NCBI GenBank assembly: GCA_951406725.2
Contig: OX597828.1
Span: 42,532,001-42,596,000 of the forward strand
Reading direction: 5' to 3'
DNA length: 64,000 nt
From: Octopus vulgaris
Lineage: Eukaryota
Below the pieces are notes generated by a model, which was given only the letters and a program-made list of their open reading frames with translations, did not search any database and had not been told where the DNA came from. Below are positions 59,183-64,000 of the stretch, in pieces; position 1 is the stretch's first letter, and every line of letters begins with the position of its first letter. A program made the position numbers and the translations under genes.

Positions 59183-60010
59183 ATGTGAGAGAGAGAGGTA
59201 GACAGAGAGATATAAATGTCCATTCAATAGACAGGCACACACGATCCTACATTGTATAAGTTCGTGTGCGTTTGTCTGTCGTTCATTTAAAGCAGGACAT
59301 TGAATCACAGAGGATGACAAAAAGGGTTAACAAGTAGTTTCTTTGCACGATTTTTTACGTCTATGGTGAATTAAAGAAACGGGAAAAACTAAACCTCAAA
59401 TACAGCACATTAAGTAAATTAAGGAATATTTACTGCACCGTATCTGGCTGACAACGCCAAGTTTCGGTGACATTTCGCTTTGTCAGTCGATGTTCATCAG
59501 AAATACGTTTAGTTAGAGGAGATATCACGATCGTTGACGTCACAGGGGTTTAGTATATAAATCGAACAATATCGGGCAAAGGAACGAAAACGTCAAAGTT
59601 ACATTAGTGAAAAATGGCTCTCGTAGAAATTTGGTGAAATCATACCTTCAGAATGCTCTACTAGAATATTATAACAATATAAGGCAGGTCTCTTTGATAT
59701 ATACCAAGAGGTGTATAGTAGATAGACGCACATGTACCTAGGTAGAATAGTCGTAGTATATCTCCATGTCAGATATGGAATCTCTGAGAATATTCAGAGT
59801 CGTGAAACGGTGAGTGCTTGATCTTGTAGGATGAATAGGAATGGAAGCTTGCTTCATACTCACGCATGCTGACACAACATACATATATACATACATGCAT
59901 GCATACATACATACATACATACATACATACATACATACATACATACATACATGCATGCATGCATGCATACATACATGCATACATACGTAAATACACACTA
60001 CGTATATACG

Positions 60011-60045
<35 letters not shown>

Positions 60046-60234
60046 GCACACACACTCGAAGATATGTGTATATATATATATATGTGTGTGTGTGCATACG
60101 TGTGCTTGTGTATGTGTGTGCTCACGTGTTTGTGCGCATGTGTGTATGTGTACGCATATCTTTATGCATATACATGTTTCTGTATGTTTAGTGTGTGTGC
60201 ATAAGAGAGAGAGAGAGAGAGAGAGAGAAAGAGT

Positions 60235-60296
<62 letters not shown>

Positions 60297-60469
60297 ACAA
60301 CATATAGCGTGGGCGGCAATCGTAAAGGGGATTGAGGTGAACTCAGCATAAGCCAATTATGAGCAAACTTTGTCCTGCAGGACTATCAGAATGTCACACC
60401 TACCGAAAGACTATCTTGAATTCTTTAGTAGTGCACACTTGCCCGATGATAAGCCATTGTTTCATCCTT

Positions 60470-60648
60470 GTCATCTTGAAAGTAAATGCTTACCCAATAT
60501 ATATGTATATATAAATGCAATGTCATGATACAAATTGACAACAGGGTATTATTTAGGATGTACATCAAATACATTTAAGTATCGCTATAATATGCATAGC
60601 TATACGTTCAACAACAAGAAATTCGGGGGTGCCACGTGGCTCGCTTCT
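60470..60648 (+). pseudogene. Penelope-like GIY-YIG endonuclease fragment (paralog of 56577-56775)
   Basis: LESKCLPN..IYKCNVMIQID..GYYLGCTSNTFKYRYNMHSYTFNNKKFGGATWLAS. Confidence 0.85.
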
Positions 60649-60790
60649 CGAAAAGGTTTTTTGGAGCCTGTCAGGTATCATCCATTCAGAAATGGTTTTC
60701 AGTGCCAAAATTGTTGCGAAATGATATAGAAATCTCTCTGGATCCTGCTATCATTGACATAGTGAATGGTCCAGAATGTGATGACTACTG

Positions 60791-60880
<90 letters not shown>

Positions 60881-60982
60881 CTTCTTCTTCTTTCCCTCCC
60901 TCCCGTCCTCTAGGTATGTATGTTAAACATTTATAAATGCATCTGTCTTTGTACAAACACGCATGTATATATATGCATGTAA

Positions 60983-61063
<81 letters not shown>

Positions 61064-62399
61064 GTATATATACATATATATGCATGTATATGTATGTGTA
61101 TGTGCACACGCACACACACACACATATTCTTTAGCCAATACACTTAATACAGTCAGAAGCTTATAATAATAATTATTATTTACAGAATATATGTGCGTGT
61201 GTGCATGTATGTGTGTTTGTGTGCATCTGTGTGTATCTATGTATATATTTATGTGACAGTATGTAAGGGAGTATTTGTGTGTAGGTGTATGTGTGTGTGT
61301 GTTTACGTATGCATGTATGTAAATATTAATTTGACAGCTGGTGTCCGAGGATTTGATCTATATTAACTAAATGGATCCCACCCACACGTTCACACACACA
61401 CACACACACACACGCACACACACACACACACACGCACATGTTCATACACACACGTGTGCGCACATGTACATACACGCACATGGTCATACACATGCATATA
61501 CGCAAGTACGTACGCGGTGATGACAATGGGTGTTTACAAGACCGGGGCTGCGCACCGAGGCCACCACCACCACCACAACAATTACCACCACCACCACCAC
61601 AACAATTACCACCACCACCACACTACTACCAACACCACTAGCTTTACTACAACCATCATCACCTCCAGCAGCATCAACACCATTACCGTCATTAACAACA
61701 TCAACAACAAAGACGACCACCACCACCCACCACCACCACCACCACCACCACCACCACCACCACCTCCACCACCACAACCACCACCACCACCACCACCGCC
61801 ATCATCATCGCAACAAACATACGTCAATGCTTCTTACGTCCATACACACACACACAACATACAACGCACAAATGAACACATACACGCACACGCACACGCA
61901 CACATACATACACACACACACACACACACAAACATACATACACATACACAAATATTCACGCACATGCATACACGTGCAAGGAAACTGTATTGTCCCCTGT
62001 GAAAACATTCACCTCCCTCAATGTGCGCCCATCACTGCAAGCTGTGAAGCCCTGTCGCATATGACCCTTACTGCCACCCCAGTAAGCATTTCGGGTATAA
62101 CCGATCTCATCACACTTTTACAATATTTCAATATATTTCCCCGGCACTTCCCCCCTCCCCTCTTGCGTATGAATGTGTGTGTTATGGAACATGGGATGTA
62201 GAGGGAGGGAGGGAGGGAGGGTGGTAGAGGGGAGAGAGGGGGGGAGAAGGGGGTTGGTTTGAGGAAGAGGTGTTTTAGGATTGTAGGAGGTGGAGAGATA
62301 AGAGCGAAACCAAAGGAAGAAATAATGGTAGAAATAGAAAGGAGAGAGAAAGAAAGAGAGAGGAAGGAGAGAAAGAAAGAAGGGAGAAAGAGAGAGGAG

Positions 62400-62545
62400 G
62401 AGAGAGAGTGTGTGTGTGAGGGCGAGAGAGATTGTGTGTGAGAAGGTGAGAGAGTGTGTGTGTGAGGGGGAGAGAGAGTGTGTGTGTGTGAGGGAGAGAG
62501 TATGTGTGTGAGGGGGAGAGGGAGTGTGTGTGAGGGGGAGAGAGG
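62400..62545. repeat. ~24-bp GA/GT compound minisatellite
   Basis: gagagagtgtgtgtgtgaggg unit repeated about 6 times. Confidence 0.8.
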
Positions 62546-62718
62546 ATGTTTGGTTTTTGGAGGATAAGTTTTAGGGTGGCGTTGAATAAGTTGATGTGAG
62601 TGGGGGACGAGTGTGAGAAAAGAAATAGGGACTGAAAGGAGAGAGGGAGAGAGAGAGAGAAAAAAGGCGTGAGATAGTTCCAATCAAATCTCAGGGAATA
62701 AGAGAGAGAGAGAGAGAA

Positions 62719-62757
<39 letters not shown>

Positions 62758-62925
62758 AAAGACACACAAGAAAGATTGATACCTTTTAATAGTACATTTT
62801 TTCTAATAATAAAACATACACATACTCACACACTCACAACTCACACACTCACAACTCACACACACACACATATATATACTCATGTGTATATATATATGTG
62901 TGAATGTGTAAATATATAAATATAC

Positions 62926-63000
<75 letters not shown>

Positions 63001-63023
63001 TGTATGTATGTTTGTATGCATGC

Positions 63024-63057
<34 letters not shown>

Positions 63058-63076
63058 GCATACATACAAACATACA

Positions 63077-63112
<36 letters not shown>

Positions 63113-63136
63113 TATACATATATACATACATATATA

Positions 63137-63172
<36 letters not shown>

Positions 63173-63291
63173 TGTATGTATGTATGTGTATATGCGCGTC
63201 TGTGTATAACTATATAAGTATATATGTTTACATATGTATATATTCATATATTTGTGTGTATACGTATTTGTATGTGTATGTGTGTGTATAG

Positions 63292-63355
<64 letters not shown>

Positions 63356-63589
63356 TGATGGACATTTCGATATTCGACAGACTACACGAAAGAAAATAAA
63401 TAAATGAATAAATAAATAAATAAATAAATAAAGGAAAATAACAAAAGAATAAAGCGTAAGAGAGAAAGAGAAAAATTAAGAAAAGAAAAGCAGATGGTTT
63501 GACAGAGAGGGAAAAGAAAGAACGAGAGCAAGATTCGATTGAGAGAAGAATCGAAAAAAAAAAAAATGAAAAAAAAAAAAAAATGAATA

Positions 63590-63757
63590 AGGCGCAGGAG
63601 TGGCTGTGTGGAAAGTAGCTTGCTAACCAACCACATGGTTCCGGGTTCAGTCCCACTGCGTGGCACCTTGGGCAAGTGTCTTCTGCTATAGCCCCGGGCC
63701 GACCAATGCCTTGTGAGTGGATTTGGTAGACGGAAACTGAAAGAAGCCTGTCGTATA

Positions 63758-63827
<70 letters not shown>

Positions 63828-64000
63828 TGTGTGTTTGTTTGTGTGTCTGTGTTTGTCCCCCTAGAATTGCTTGACAACCGATGCTGGTGTGTTTATGTCT
63901 CCGTAACTTAGCGGTTCGGCAAAAGAGACCGATAGAATAAGTACTGGGCTTACAAAAAAAAAAAAAAAAACCAATAAGTCCCGGGGTCGAGTTGCTCGAT
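63590..64000 (+). mobile_element. Family A SINE, near full-length, runs off the window end
   Basis: aggcgcaggagtggctgtgtgg...; includes an internal poly-A expansion at ~63954-63970. Confidence 0.92.

Overview
AT-rich, microsatellite-saturated eukaryotic non-coding DNA. The repeat repertoire points to a coleoid cephalopod, most likely Octopus (inferred from the SINE families). No intact host protein-coding gene is recognisable, and nearly every ORF in the track is a translation of simple repeats. The window is a mosaic of (TA)n, (TATG)n, (TAA)n, (TAG)n, (GGT)n and (GA)n arrays holding many nested retroelements. These include tRNA-derived CORE-type, Deu/Nin-type and Meta-type SINEs; truncated LINEs of the Tx1/L1, R4/Dong (RLE), CR1 and RTE clades; piggyBac-type MITEs; and many Penelope-like element (PLE) pieces (N-terminus, RT, two GIY-YIG fragments, palindromic pseudo-LTRs). 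Most notable: (1) an intact type I hammerhead ribozyme at 23035-23125 plus several variant hammerheads in short TA-flanked PLE-derived elements; (2) a ~16-unit conserved-core/variable-spacer array rich in TTCnnnGAA sitting in a SINE's internal microsatellite slot; (3) an RTE LINE with a twin-priming-like 5' inversion and an R4-like LINE with a (CATA)n tail converging on a symmetric 5-kb (TATG)-(CACG)-(TATG) array; (4) a SINE sharing its 3' tail with a Tx1 LINE. There is weak evidence for a minus-strand spliced transcript in 1-12 kb. All family assignments come from motif recognition by eye, not database searches.
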